Assembly: GCA_963843335.1 (NCBI GenBank)
Contig: CAWJKF010000003.1
Span: 18,207 to 82,206, forward strand
Reading direction: 5' to 3'
DNA length: 64,000 nt
From: an uncultured Chloroflexia bacterium
GTDB lineage: Bacteria > Chloroflexota > Limnocylindria > Limnocylindrales > CSP1-4
Shown: positions 9,287-18,974 of the stretch, piece by piece
Numbering within the stretch: the first letter of the stretch is position 1
Layout: each line of letters starts with the position of its first letter
Position numbers and translations under genes: made by a program
The notes under the pieces: model-generated
What the model saw: only the letters and a program-made list of their open reading frames with translations
What the model was told of the DNA's origin: nothing
Databases searched by the model: none

Positions 9287-9511
9287 ATGGTCGACCCGAC
9301 GCTCATCTCCGCCGCAGGGGCCTGGACCGGCAACGTCGACTTCGGTGACCTCGGCATCGGTGGCCGATGGGCAGATGTCGCGGTCGCGTCGCTGAGCCTT
9401 GACTGGGGCTTCGGGGAGGGGCACCAGCAGGAGCTGTTCGATGCCTATGGCATCGACCCGGATGCGGAACGGATCCGCTACTATCGGGCGCTCTGGGAGC
9501 TCGAGTCATGA
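9287..9511 (+). pseudogene. C-terminal fragment of an aminoglycoside phosphotransferase (APH) family gene
   Basis: VDFGDLGIGGRWADVAVASL...LFDAYGI..DAERIRYYRALWEL follows the APH(3') C-terminal pattern (IDxGRLGVADRYQD...LYGI...RIAFYRLLDE). The N-terminal two thirds, including the HGD catalytic loop, are absent; upstream sequence is occupied by the cyclase gene on the other strand. Confidence 0.45.
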
Positions 9512-9603
9512 CGCTGGTGCGCTGCTGAAAACCGCTCACCTGGCGGAGGGCGTACCTCCTGTCGAGCGTCCCAGGAGACGTTCACAGCACAGGAGCAACC
9601 GAC

Positions 9604-10092
9604 ATGTCGTACACGATCCGTGCTCTCACTGCGATGGTCGCGATCGCGCTCATGGCAGCCCTGGTCACCGTCGCCCCGGCCGCCGGCCAGTCACCGATGG
9701 CGTCCATGCCCGGGACCCCCAGCGCGGCACCCTGTGCTTCGCCGATGGTCGGCCCGTCGCCGATGGCCCCCGCGGCATCGATGGTCGCCACGTCGCTGGC
9801 ACCAAGCCTGGCGACTCCCTGCGTCTCTCCGGCACCGGTGGCCGCTGCGGCCGCAGTCTCCATCAAGGACTTCTCCTTCCAGCCGGCGACCATCAGCGTG
9901 CCGGTCGGCGGCACCGTCACCTGGACGAACAACGACACCACGGGGCATACCGTCACCGCCGACGATGGCTCGTTCGACAGTGGGACCGTCTCGCCCGGGG
10001 CGACCTTCAGCCAGACGTTCGCGACGGCGGGCACGTTCACGTACCACTGCAACATCCATCCGTCGATGACGGCATCCATCACGGTGCAGTAG
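9604..10092 (+). CDS. secreted cupredoxin (amicyanin/pseudoazurin-like type-1 copper protein)
   Basis: Signal peptide plus Ala/Pro-rich linker. Copper ligands H (TGHTV), C-x2-H-x2-M (YHCNIHPSM). Confidence 0.75.
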   Translation: MSYTIRALTAMVAIALMAALVTVAPAAGQSPMASMPGTPSAAPCASPMVGPSPMAPAASMVATSLAPSLATPCVSPAPVAAAAAVSIKDFSFQPATISVPVGGTVTWTNNDTTGHTVTADDGSFDSGTVSPGATFSQTFATAGTFTYHCNIHPSMTASITVQ

Positions 10093-10160
10093 CCGGTCAC
10101 GGCGCCTCAGTCGGTCGCTCGGGACGCCTGACAGCGTGGCGAGCGGGTAGGCCGGAGCCG

Positions 10161-11030
10161 ATGTCCGAGCTGCTGCGACGTGCCGCGTTCACACTCGACC
10201 CGGCCGGGGGCAACCCGGCCGGCCTCTGGATCGGTGACGTCATGCCTGCGGCATCGGAGATGCAGCGCATCGCCACCGAGGTGGGCTACTCGGAGACCGC
10301 GTTCCTGGTCCCGGACCGGATGCGGCTGCCTGGCGCATACCGGGTCCGCTACTTCAGCCCCGCCGCCGAGGTCGCGTTCTGCGGCCACGCCACGATCGCG
10401 AGTGGCGTGGCGCTCGCCGAGCGGACCGGACCCGGTCGCCTCCTGCTCGCCACGAACGACGGCGTCGTGCCAGTCGAGACGGAACGAGACCCGGACGGGT
10501 GGTTCATGGCGACCCTGACCTCCGTGACACCACGGGTGAGCATCGCCCCGCCGGGTCTGGTCGGGGAGGTGCTGGCTGCCCTGCGATGGCACGAGGACGA
10601 GCTGGACAAGCGTTTGCCTTCGGCGCTGGGATACGCCGGGGTCAACCACCTCATCCTGGCCACCGCCACCTACGAGCGGCTGCGGGAGCTGGACTACGAC
10701 TTCGACCGGCTCCGATCCATCATGCTGGCGGCCGACCTGACGACGCTCCAGCTCATCTGGCGCGAGGCACCGGATCGATTCCGGGCGCGTGACCCGTTCC
10801 CGGTCGGTGGCATCATCGAGGACCCGGCAACGGGCGCTGCCGCGGCCGCCCTGGGCGCCTACCTCCGCTGGCGCGGCGAGCTCTCGCCACCGGCCCGGTT
10901 CCGCATCCGCCAGGGGGTGGAGATGGGACGGCCCAGCGACATCCAGGTCGAGGTGCCCGACGATAGCGGCGGCATCCGGGTGAGCGGCACTGCCGTGCCG
11001 CTGCCCGAACCCGGGCGCCTACCCCACTGA
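10161..11030 (+). CDS. PhzF-family phenazine-biosynthesis-like isomerase
   Basis: Start MSELLRRAAF inside ORF 9399..11030. PhzF-like blocks (GGNPAGLWIGD, SETAFLVP, EVAFCGHATIA, EDPATGAAAAALGAYL). Confidence 0.75.
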   Translation: MSELLRRAAFTLDPAGGNPAGLWIGDVMPAASEMQRIATEVGYSETAFLVPDRMRLPGAYRVRYFSPAAEVAFCGHATIASGVALAERTGPGRLLLATNDGVVPVETERDPDGWFMATLTSVTPRVSIAPPGLVGEVLAALRWHEDELDKRLPSALGYAGVNHLILATATYERLRELDYDFDRLRSIMLAADLTTLQLIWREAPDRFRARDPFPVGGIIEDPATGAAAAALGAYLRWRGELSPPARFRIRQGVEMGRPSDIQVEVPDDSGGIRVSGTAVPLPEPGRLPH

Positions 11031-11077
11031 TCGGGGCGACGGCTGCAGGTCGAGATGCCGGCCGACGTGGTCCCGGA

Positions 11078-11350
11078 TCAGTCCGTGCGGCGCGGGGCGA
11101 TGGACCGGATTGCCACGACCGGTACCCGCCACTTGGCGGTCTCGGCAGCCCAGCCATAGCCCAGGCCGACGACCTCCAGTGCCACGATGCGCCATGTCGG
11201 CTCCAGGGGCGGGCTCATCCGCTGGACCCGGTCGGGATCCAGGTAGGCGCCCACGAGCGGCATCGTGCCGAGCCCCTGCGCTTCCCGCTCCATCGTGCCG
11301 CGCTCCAGGGTCCCCGCGGCGAGCCCCGTCCTGATCTCGTCCTTCGTCAT
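11078..11350 (-). CDS. small conserved hypothetical protein (paralog of 16080..16382)
   Basis: Shares IRxGLAxG...G.MPxVG..L.P..V.R..PP...W.V...GLG......W.VPVV.IR with the ORF at 16080..16382. Confidence 0.4.
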   Translation of the reverse strand: MTKDEIRTGLAAGTLERGTMEREAQGLGTMPLVGAYLDPDRVQRMSPPLEPTWRIVALEVVGLGYGWAAETAKWRVPVVAIRSIAPRRTD

Positions 11351-11493
11351 CCGGCCACCTCCGACCCTAGCGGATGGTAGGACGGACAGGGCCCGTGGGG
11401 GCAGGTCCTGGGCTGGGACGGCTGGGCTCCGACGTGCTATACCGCTGGGGTCCGTGCCGTCGACGAGACGGCCACGGTGAGAGGAGACGACCG

Positions 11494-12228
11494 GTGCGCG
11501 GACGATCGTTCCTGGGTGCGCTGCTCCTCCTGACCGTGCCGGTCAGTGGGCATGCCCAGGGTCTCAGCCCATCCCCAGCGGTCACGGGGACCGGCTTCTC
11601 GACGCTCGATGGGACGGACTGGAAGCTCCTGGAGATGGCCGGTCGGGACCTGCCCCCTGACGCGCTGATCACGCTGTCGCTGAGGTCGGAGCGCGCTCGT
11701 GGCCGGGACCTCTGCAACGCCTATGTCGCTGACTTCGTGACCAATGGCACGGCGCTCTCGTTCGGGCGGCCAACGGCCACCACCAGTGACTGCGCCCAGC
11801 CTGACCTTGGGGCGCGCTACCTCGACGCGCTCAGCGGCACGGTGGCCTATCTGCTCGACGACGCCGCGGGACAGCAACGGCTGTCGTTGTTCCAGGGTGC
11901 CCCGGTCCCGGGCCTCGTCTTCCGCCCGTCCGCGCCGTCGATCCCGCTGGCCGGCACGACCTGGCATGCCGACGATGGGTCCATGCTGCGCTTCGGCGAC
12001 GGCGTCGTCAGCGGCACGACGAGCTGCGGTGACTGGACCGGCTCCTTCGGTACTGACGGCGACTGGCTTCGCCTGGACATCCGATCCGCAGCCTCGTTCG
12101 ACTGCGACCGAGCCAGCGACGTCTTCCTGGGCCAGCTCCTTCGGGTCGAGAGCTATCTCGTGGACGCCGGAGGGCTGCACCTGCTCGGCCCGGATGGCCA
12201 GGTGCTGCTGTCATTCACGTCACCGTGA
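11494..12228 (+). CDS. META-domain (HslJ-like) lipoprotein with two META repeats
   Basis: GTG start with GAGAGGAG Shine-Dalgarno upstream. Signal peptide. Two repeats of the WKLLEMAGRDL / LCNAY...G / WTGSFGTDGDWLRL pattern typical of META/DUF306. Confidence 0.6.
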   Translation: MRGRSFLGALLLLTVPVSGHAQGLSPSPAVTGTGFSTLDGTDWKLLEMAGRDLPPDALITLSLRSERARGRDLCNAYVADFVTNGTALSFGRPTATTSDCAQPDLGARYLDALSGTVAYLLDDAAGQQRLSLFQGAPVPGLVFRPSAPSIPLAGTTWHADDGSMLRFGDGVVSGTTSCGDWTGSFGTDGDWLRLDIRSAASFDCDRASDVFLGQLLRVESYLVDAGGLHLLGPDGQVLLSFTSP

Positions 12229-12288
12229 GCCCGAACGGTCACCGGGGGAAGCGAATCACCACCGCGTCCCGAGCCGCCGATGGCACGG

Positions 12289-13167
12289 CTACGGGGCGGC
12301 TGACGGAACCACCGAAGGAGCCGTCGACGGGAGCGGCGTGGGCTCGATAGACGGCACGCCACCGAAGGTGATGGACTGCACGAGTGCATCGATGGACGTC
12401 AGTGGGGGCTTGAACGCGGATGGGTCCGCGCCATCGAGGGTGGCAAGGCTGGTGCGCAGGTACTGCGCCCATCGCTTGGCGCTCGAGCTGATGCGGTTGG
12501 CGTCCTTGATGTCGAGCTTGGTCGGGAACATGCTCGCCGTGATGACGAAGTCGGCGCTGACGTACCAGGTCCCGTCGGTGCTCAGCCCCTGGAACGTGTA
12601 CCAGAAGTCGCCCGCCGTGAACGGATAGACGTCCTGCCGGAAGACCGTCAGATAGGCCACACCCGAAAGCTCCGGTGTATCGACATAGCCGACCCGCGCG
12701 ACGATGGCCTGGGCCGCCGCGAAGTCGACCACGAACGGCAGCGGGTTCACGCTTCCGTCGGCACCGATGGTCTTGAGCGTGGCCGGGTCGGGCCGCTCGC
12801 TCAGCAGGGTCTGGAGACGTGCCAGCTGCTGGGCCTGCAGGTCGTACGGCGCGAGGTCCGCCGTGCGATAGAAGCGGACGACGCCGGGAGCATCGATGGG
12901 TCGAGGGATCCGCTTCTCCTCGGCACGCCGGCCGTACAAGGTGAACGCGAGATGGGGCGGCTGCGGCGCATCGATCTGCTGCGTGGTCGGTGATTGCCCA
13001 GGCACCTGGCTGATGTTCACGCTCGTGCCCAGGGCCCTGTCGAAGCTGAAGCCGACCCCGTCGAGCGATACCGTCCGCGCGGCGTCCTGCGCGTGCACCG
13101 GCAGCGAGAGCGTGAGCATGAGCATCGTGGCGGCGGTCGCCGCGACACCCCGGAAACGGAGCTGCAT
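12289..13167 (-). CDS. secreted hypothetical protein
   Basis: Start MQLRFRG with signal peptide (ATAATMLMLTLSLPVHA). Globular composition. No family recognised. Confidence 0.55.
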   Translation of the reverse strand: MQLRFRGVAATAATMLMLTLSLPVHAQDAARTVSLDGVGFSFDRALGTSVNISQVPGQSPTTQQIDAPQPPHLAFTLYGRRAEEKRIPRPIDAPGVVRFYRTADLAPYDLQAQQLARLQTLLSERPDPATLKTIGADGSVNPLPFVVDFAAAQAIVARVGYVDTPELSGVAYLTVFRQDVYPFTAGDFWYTFQGLSTDGTWYVSADFVITASMFPTKLDIKDANRISSSAKRWAQYLRTSLATLDGADPSAFKPPLTSIDALVQSITFGGVPSIEPTPLPSTAPSVVPSAAP

Positions 13168-13272
13168 GTCGCACCTGACAGCTGGGTCTCGATCCTGGAG
13201 GGCCGCACCGGAGACCGTGACGTGCGGGCCGCTCGCGCCGTGACGCGCCACCGAAGTCTACGGTGCCGGGAT

Positions 13273-13818
13273 TCACATGACGATGACGGTCGTTCCCTGG
13301 GCATGGCCGTCGCCGACGTGGCCAAGCGCCTCGGCCGCGCCGCTCAGGGGCCAGGTCCGGTCGATGACGGGGGTGATGCTGCCGGCCTCCAGCAGCCCCG
13401 CGAAGGCCGCGAGGTCGTCGCGGTCCTGGAACTTCACCGACGGGCTCAGCTGCTGACGGACCAGGAGTGACGTCAGGGTCGACCGGATCACGATGGCCAG
13501 GGATCCGACCCAGCGGCCGTCCGAGTGCCCGCCGCCGTTGGGCTGGAGCACACCGGTCGATGTCAGCACTCGCCGCATCTGTGAGGACGAACGATCGCCA
13601 ACGTTGTCGAGGATGATGTCGTAGCGTGAATCACCCGTGCTGAAGTCGTCCTGGGTGTAGTCGATGACATGGTCGGCGCCGATGGATCGGACCATCTCGA
13701 CGTACCGGGTGCCGCACACGCCCGTGACCTCGGCACCCAACGCCTTGGCGGTCTGGACCGCATACGTACCGACGCCGCCAGAGGCGCCATTGATGAGCAC
13801 CTTCAGGCCAGGCCGCAC
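13273..13818 (-). pseudogene. 5'-truncated medium-chain dehydrogenase/reductase (NAD(P)-binding Rossmann half only)
   Basis: ORF begins directly in the cofactor-binding domain (VLINGASGGVGTYAVQTAKALGAEV). The N-terminal catalytic GroES-like domain is missing. Confidence 0.5.
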
Positions 13819-13849
13819 CTTGCACTGTCGCGGAGCAGCCAGCCCTCGC

Positions 13850-14160
13850 CATCACGACGCGGTCCTCGGCTGCCTTCGCGCGGGCGGCTTCGACATGGCC
13901 CGGACGGCACATGCCTACTCCCTGCTCGACAGCTATATCTACGGGTTCGCCCTGACGAAGATCGACCGGCCCTTCCAGGACCCGGAGCAGGTCGCGCAGG
14001 TGGCACAGCAGATGCTGCCCCATTCCCTGCTGGCGAGTACCCCAACCTCGCGGCGTTCATCACCGACTACGCCATGCACGTGGGCCACGACTACGGCGAC
14101 GAGTTCGCGATCGGTCTCGAGCTCATCCTCGACGGGTTGGAGGCGCTGCGTGCGTCTTGA
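13850..14160 (+). pseudogene. TetR-family regulator C-terminal fragment, frameshifted and lacking the N-terminal HTH
   Basis: TetR_C-like HHDAVLGCLRAGGFDMARTAHAYSLLDSYIYGFAL in one frame continues as DEFAIGLELILDGLEALRAS in another. No HTH region precedes it. Confidence 0.4.
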
Positions 14161-15371
14161 CCTCGAGGATGCGGTCGTATGACGCCCGGAGCGTCGCACG
14201 CGGCAATGACCCCTCGTTGGCATGCGCGAGGAGCGCGTCGAACAGCTTGGTCGTGGTCCGCTCCGAGCCAGTCGTGAGGATCATGTCCGTGCCGGCGATG
14301 GCGGCCCGCAGCCCCAGCACCCTCACGGGCAGCCCTCGTGCGTGACCCGTGCCGTCGAGCGAATCGGTGATGGTGATGCCCCGGAAGCCGAGCTCGTCGC
14401 GGACCAGCGACACGGCGATCGCGCGCGACCAGCCTGCCGCATTGGCGTCGTCCCATGCTGGGTAGGTGGCGTTCGAGAGCATGATCGCGGGCAGGCCATT
14501 CGCGATGGCCCGACGGTACGGTCGGAGGTCGGCGGCCAGCTCCGCAGCCGTCGCGCCGATGGTATCGACGTACCGATCGGTGTTCCTGGTCGCTCGTCCG
14601 ATCCCCGGGAAATGCTTCATGGTGGCAATGACCCCGCTGTCACCCAGACCACGTGCGAAGGCGTCGGCCATGGCTGCTGTCCGCCCGGCATCGAACCCGA
14701 AGGTGCGTCCCTGCTGGTACATGAACGAGGCCGCAGAGCGCGGGATATCGGCGACCGGGGCCAGGTCCATGTTGACACCCAGGGCCCGCAGCGCCGCTCC
14801 GGTCCGCTGACCCTGGCGCCGTGCGACCTTCGTGCTCGATCGACCCATGGCCGGCACCGTCAGCGTCGGCGGCGCCCACGGCACGCGCTTCACGGATCCA
14901 CCTTCCTGGTCGAGCGCGATGAGGAGTGGCGGCTGCCCACCGGCGGCCGCCGCCTCCTGGAGCCTGCTGGTGAGCTGGATGAGGGCAGCCCGGGTGGTGA
15001 TGTTCGACCCGAGCAGCACCACACCCCCGATCTCACCCCGGCTCGATCCGACCCAGCAACGCGCGACTGGGCCGATGGCCGGCCATCCGGACCATCAGCT
15101 TCTGGCCCACGAGCTGGGCGAGCGTCGGCTCCTGGCCGAAGGGCGTCGAGCCATCCGGGGCCTGGCCCCCGAGCAGCGCGCCCAGCATCTGCTCCAGGGA
15201 GACCAGCCAGGCACGGATCTGCATCGGGCCCGGACGGGCTGGCCCAGTGGTGGCTTCGGGTACGCCCGAGGCTCCCTGAGCCGAGGTCGTCGACACCATG
15301 GTGCACAGCAGGCACAGCACGAGAGCGATGGTGGCCGCGACGGACCGGACCCAGGAGGACGACGACACCAC
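14123..15371 (-). CDS. glycoside hydrolase family 3 (NagZ-like beta-N-acetylhexosaminidase) with an apparent frameshift near 15030
   Basis: N-terminal signal peptide and GQKLMVRMAG in ORF 15033..15371. GH3 core (LLIALDQEGGSVKR, KHFPGIGRATRNTD) in ORF 14123..15022 in a different frame. Junction lies in C5/C4 homopolymer runs. Confidence 0.6.
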
Positions 15372-15451
15372 CTCGGCAGGATATCCGGGATCGCACGCCC
15401 ATCATCGCCGCGGGACCCGGACGCGACCGCGGGCGCTATCGTGCACGGACC

Positions 15452-16012
15452 ATGCCGCAGACCGCACCGCCGCCCGATCCGCCCCGGCTGCGTCTCGCGA
15501 CCCTCGCCGACGCCGATGCCATCGACATGCTCATGAAGCGCTCCATCGAGGCACTCTTCCCGAGCTACTACGACGAGGCCCAGACCCGGTCGGCCGCGAT
15601 CCACATCGGCACCGTGGACCGGATGCTCATTGCCGATGGCACATACCTGGTGGTGGAAGCGGGCGATGCGCTGGTCGCCTGTGGTGGCTGGAGTCGGCGC
15701 GACAAGCTCTACAGCGGCTCGTCCGATCAGGTGGATCGTGTCCGGACCCTCGACCCGACCTCCGAGCCGGCCCGTGTCCGGGCGATGTTCGTGCGTCCCG
15801 ACCGGACCCGCCAGGGCCTCGGCACCCTCATCCTCCAGGCGTGTGAAGCGGCAGCGCGCGCGGCAGGCTTCTCTCGTCTCTCGCTCATGGCCACGCTGCC
15901 CGGGGTCCCGCTCTACGAGCGCATCGGCTTCCGGGTCGTCCGGCACCAGACCATCACCTTGCCCGACGGGATCGTGCTGGCGACCGCGAGCATGGAGAAA
16001 CCCATCGGCTAG
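15452..16012 (+). CDS. GNAT-family N-acetyltransferase
   Basis: Start MPQTAPP. Acetyl-CoA binding motif region RVRAMFVRPDRTRQGLGTLILQACEAAARAAG. Confidence 0.7.
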   Translation: MPQTAPPPDPPRLRLATLADADAIDMLMKRSIEALFPSYYDEAQTRSAAIHIGTVDRMLIADGTYLVVEAGDALVACGGWSRRDKLYSGSSDQVDRVRTLDPTSEPARVRAMFVRPDRTRQGLGTLILQACEAAARAAGFSRLSLMATLPGVPLYERIGFRVVRHQTITLPDGIVLATASMEKPIG

Positions 16013-16079
16013 CCGTGGGGCCTGACCCATGGCCGCGGTGACATGGGAGCTGGCACGACCGTGATGCACGCTGCGAGAC

Positions 16080-16382
16080 ATGCGACAACGGAGCGTCGAC
16101 CGAGCCCACCAGCCGCCGGTACGTGCCCCGGTGATAGCGACGGACATGATCCGGGCCGGGCTCGCGAACGGCAAGTACGTCCGGGGCATCACCGCCAGGG
16201 CGGCGAGCGGGGAGGGCGCCATGCCCGTCGTCGGGGACCTGCTCCTGCCGGGGCACGTGGTGCGTGTCGAGCCGCCGGTGGGCCGGGGTCAGGTCGCAGC
16301 CTGCTGGGAGGTGACCGGCCTCGGGCGCGCCCACGATGGTCGCTGGACGGTCCCGGTCGTGGGCATCCGCGAGACCGGATGA
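16080..16382 (+). CDS. small conserved hypothetical protein (paralog of 11078..11350); start uncertain
   Basis: Alignable with the 11078..11350 product across about 75 residues, ending ...WTVPVVGIRE. Confidence 0.4.
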   Translation: MRQRSVDRAHQPPVRAPVIATDMIRAGLANGKYVRGITARAASGEGAMPVVGDLLLPGHVVRVEPPVGRGQVAACWEVTGLGRAHDGRWTVPVVGIRETG

Positions 16383-16597
16383 CCGACTCGTGCTGGGGCA
16401 CGGCCCGGGCGACGGGTCGGAGCCGGTCGGACCGCGAACACGGGTGATCCGGCCATGCCCCGGGCGATCGGCTCGCAGTGGCCCCGAGAATGGCGAGCGT
16501 TGGCACCGTTCCACGCCGAGACCCGCACCGGCTTCGATGCGGGCCTCGACCGTGCCTGGGGTATCGACTGACGGAGCGACCTCACGGCCGCCGCGGG

Positions 16598-17155
16598 TCA
16601 GACGGTCGGCACCTTGATGACGATCGTCTCGCAGCCGCCGACCACGACATCGGTCGGGTCCACGACCGCCCGATCGTGGGCGCCGTCGCCACAATCGATG
16701 GTGTCGATGGCGCCATCACCGGCGGCATGGATGAGGTCGTTGCCCGGCCCGCCGTTGAGGACATCCGCGCCGGCGCCGCCCCACAGCTCGTCACGGCCCC
16801 ACTGGCCATTGAGCGTGTCCGCGCCGGGGCCACCCAGGAGCAGGTCGTTGCCGGCGCCGCCGTTGAGCGTGTCGTCGCCGACCCCGCCGGCGAGCCGGTC
16901 ATTGCCCCGGTTGCCGTTGAGGGTGTCATTGCCCTTCTCGCCGAAGAGCCAGTCCCGGCCGCGGTTGCCATTGAGCGTGTCGTTGCCGGCGCGTCCCCAC
17001 ACGGTATCGCCGCCTCGCCGCGCGGAGATGACGTCGTCGGCGGGCGTGCCGACGATGCGGTCGGCATGCCACGTGGGGTGATGGGCACCGTGGGCCAGAG
17101 TCGTTGCCGGGGCCGCGATGGCGACCGCAGCGAAGACGGCTGGCACGGCCAGCAT
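16598..17155 (-). CDS. secreted calcium-binding protein with hemolysin-type (RTX-like) nonapeptide repeats
   Basis: Signal peptide MLAVPAVFAAVAIAAPATTLAHG. At least 5 tandem GxxGxDxL repeats (GNDTLNGNRGRD, GNDTLNGNRGND, GDDTLNGGAGND, GADTLNGQWGRD, GADVLNGGPGND). Confidence 0.65.
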   Translation of the reverse strand: MLAVPAVFAAVAIAAPATTLAHGAHHPTWHADRIVGTPADDVISARRGGDTVWGRAGNDTLNGNRGRDWLFGEKGNDTLNGNRGNDRLAGGVGDDTLNGGAGNDLLLGGPGADTLNGQWGRDELWGGAGADVLNGGPGNDLIHAAGDGAIDTIDCGDGAHDRAVVDPTDVVVGGCETIVIKVPTV

Positions 17156-17309
17156 GCGGAGCTTGTTCGTCAGGTGCACGGCTCGCACCCTCCTCTCTGG
17201 TGGCACGTCGCGCCACATGGAGTCAGCCGGCGATCCGGCTCACTCCTCTATCGAGGGACGGACGGTCCAAAACGTCTCGATCCTGCGGATCGACGTGCCC
17301 CGCGAACCG

Positions 17310-18260
17310 TCAGCCGGGGCCGTCACTCGCTGTCGGCAGCTCCGGCAGGCCGGTCGGTGCCGGCGTTGGCCGGTCGGTGGATGTCGGTTCCAGGGTCGGC
17401 GCCGGGGTGGCGCGTCTGGTGGGCTCGGGGGTCGACTCCGGGGTCGCGAGCGTCGTGGCTGCCGGCGCCGTGGTCGGGTCTGGCTCCGCACTCGGGAGCT
17501 CGGTCGGCGTCGGGGGTGGATCGGACGGCGCCTGGCTCGCCGCGATGACTGGTGACGCGCTCGTGTCTGGCCGGGCCGATGGCGGAGGCGACGTTGGGTC
17601 GCCGGCCGGACGGTCGACGGTGTGCGGTGGCACGCTCGCGTTCGCCGCGGGTCGGGTCCGAGGGCGCTTCGTCGGTCGTGCGTGGACCGTCTTCGACCGT
17701 GTCGTGTGCCGGGGGCGTGGCGACGCGGTGGCGGTCGCACCACGGGCATGGGCCGCGGAGCCGGTGGTCGCGGTGGACGGGACCGGCGAGAGCATCGGAC
17801 TCGGGCTCGGGCTGGGGCTCGGTGACGCGGCGGGCACGGTCGGTACCACGCTGGGCGCGCCCACGCGGTCCGCCGTCGGCCGGAGCAGGATGATGCCCGC
17901 GACGGCGGCGAGGCCGATGGCGAGGAAGAGGACCGCAGCCATCGCCAGGCCCTGGGCGCGGGGCGGTCGTAACGCGCCGCCCCGACCCAGCGCGGCATCG
18001 GTCCGCTGCCGGACCGTCATCCGGAAGCCGTTGGGCGGGACGCTCGTGACGGTCGGTGCTGGCCGCGACTCGCGTGCCAGTCGCTCGCGGACCCGGGCGG
18101 CGATGTCGACGGGCGCTTCGATGGACGTCGCGTCGTGGAATCGCTCGAGCCGACGCGCCACGGGACCGGTCAGCGGGTCGGTCATGGGATCGGGGGTGTC
18201 ATCGGCACGCGCATCGGCCGGGTCGCGGCTGGAGCGAGGGAACTGGTCGTGGTCGCTCAT
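17310..18260 (-). CDS. anti-sigma factor, single-pass membrane protein with a Pro/Thr/Ser-rich extracytoplasmic tail
   Basis: Start overlaps the sigma-factor stop (ATGA). TM helix LAMAAVLFLAIGLAAVAGIILL. Low-complexity PT-rich C-terminus. Confidence 0.55.
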   Translation of the reverse strand: MSDHDQFPRSSRDPADARADDTPDPMTDPLTGPVARRLERFHDATSIEAPVDIAARVRERLARESRPAPTVTSVPPNGFRMTVRQRTDAALGRGGALRPPRAQGLAMAAVLFLAIGLAAVAGIILLRPTADRVGAPSVVPTVPAASPSPSPSPSPMLSPVPSTATTGSAAHARGATATASPRPRHTTRSKTVHARPTKRPRTRPAANASVPPHTVDRPAGDPTSPPPSARPDTSASPVIAASQAPSDPPPTPTELPSAEPDPTTAPAATTLATPESTPEPTRRATPAPTLEPTSTDRPTPAPTGLPELPTASDGPG

Positions 18261-18805
18261 CGACGCTCGTCCTGCATGATCGTCCGGAGCCGCTCCAGGC
18301 CCCGGTAGAGGTGCGTCTTCACGGTCGCCTCCGGGCGACCGGTCACCGCGGCGATGTCCGCCAGCGAGCGGTCGCCCAGGAACCGCAGCGAGACCACCTC
18401 GCGGTACGGCTCCGGCAACGCCTTCAGGGCGCGGCGGACCTCATCCCGCTCCTCGGCCGCAAGGACCTCCCGGGCCACATCGGTCGGATCAGCGGCCGTC
18501 GCCTCGACGGTCGCATCGAGCGGCTGCGTGCGCGTGATCCGACGCGTCTGGAGACGACCACGCCGCCAGCACTCGCGCACGGCGATGCGGGCGAGCCAGG
18601 CGGCCGGCGGGCCGTCACCACGATACGAACCAAGGCCCCTGTAGGCCAGCACGAACGTCTCCTGGACTGCGTCCTCTGCCTCTTCGATCGAACCCAGCAC
18701 CCGGTAGCAGACCCGGAACACCTCGCCGGCGTAGTCGTCGACCAGGCGCTGGAACGCGGCCTCATCACCCTTGGCCAACGCCTGGGCCAGGGCGCGGTCA
18801 TCCAC
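18257..18805 (-). CDS. ECF (sigma-70 family) RNA polymerase sigma factor
   Basis: Region 2 (FQRLVDDYAGEVFRVCYRVLG...AEDAVQETFVLAYRGL) and region 4 HTH (LKALPEPYREVVSLRFLGDRSLADIAAVTGRPEATVKTHLYRGLERLR). Confidence 0.8.
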   Translation of the reverse strand: MDDRALAQALAKGDEAAFQRLVDDYAGEVFRVCYRVLGSIEEAEDAVQETFVLAYRGLGSYRGDGPPAAWLARIAVRECWRRGRLQTRRITRTQPLDATVEATAADPTDVAREVLAAEERDEVRRALKALPEPYREVVSLRFLGDRSLADIAAVTGRPEATVKTHLYRGLERLRTIMQDERR

Positions 18806-18974
18806 AGCAAGGATGAGGTGCGTTCGGGCGGATTCGTCTCAGGCGACCCATGGGCCCGTCCTGACGAGCCCACCATGGTCGCCGCTGGCTCGCGTGCATC
18901 CGCTGACCGTACCCCGTTCGGAGCGCATCCGTCCACGGGCGACCCGGTGCGACCGCGAGGCCGATCCGCCTACC

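Noticed and set aside
14222-15451. N-terminal 410 codons of the 596-aa ORF 14222..16012
   Set aside because: Only the last ~186 codons (GNAT domain) look like protein. The upstream part is Arg/Pro-rich and antisense to the GH3 gene.
16478-18279. Plus-strand ORFs 16478..17548 and 17104..18279 opposite the RTX-like and anti-sigma genes
   Set aside because: Low-complexity shadow frames. The minus-strand genes carry signal peptides, repeats and a sigma-70 partner that explain the locus.
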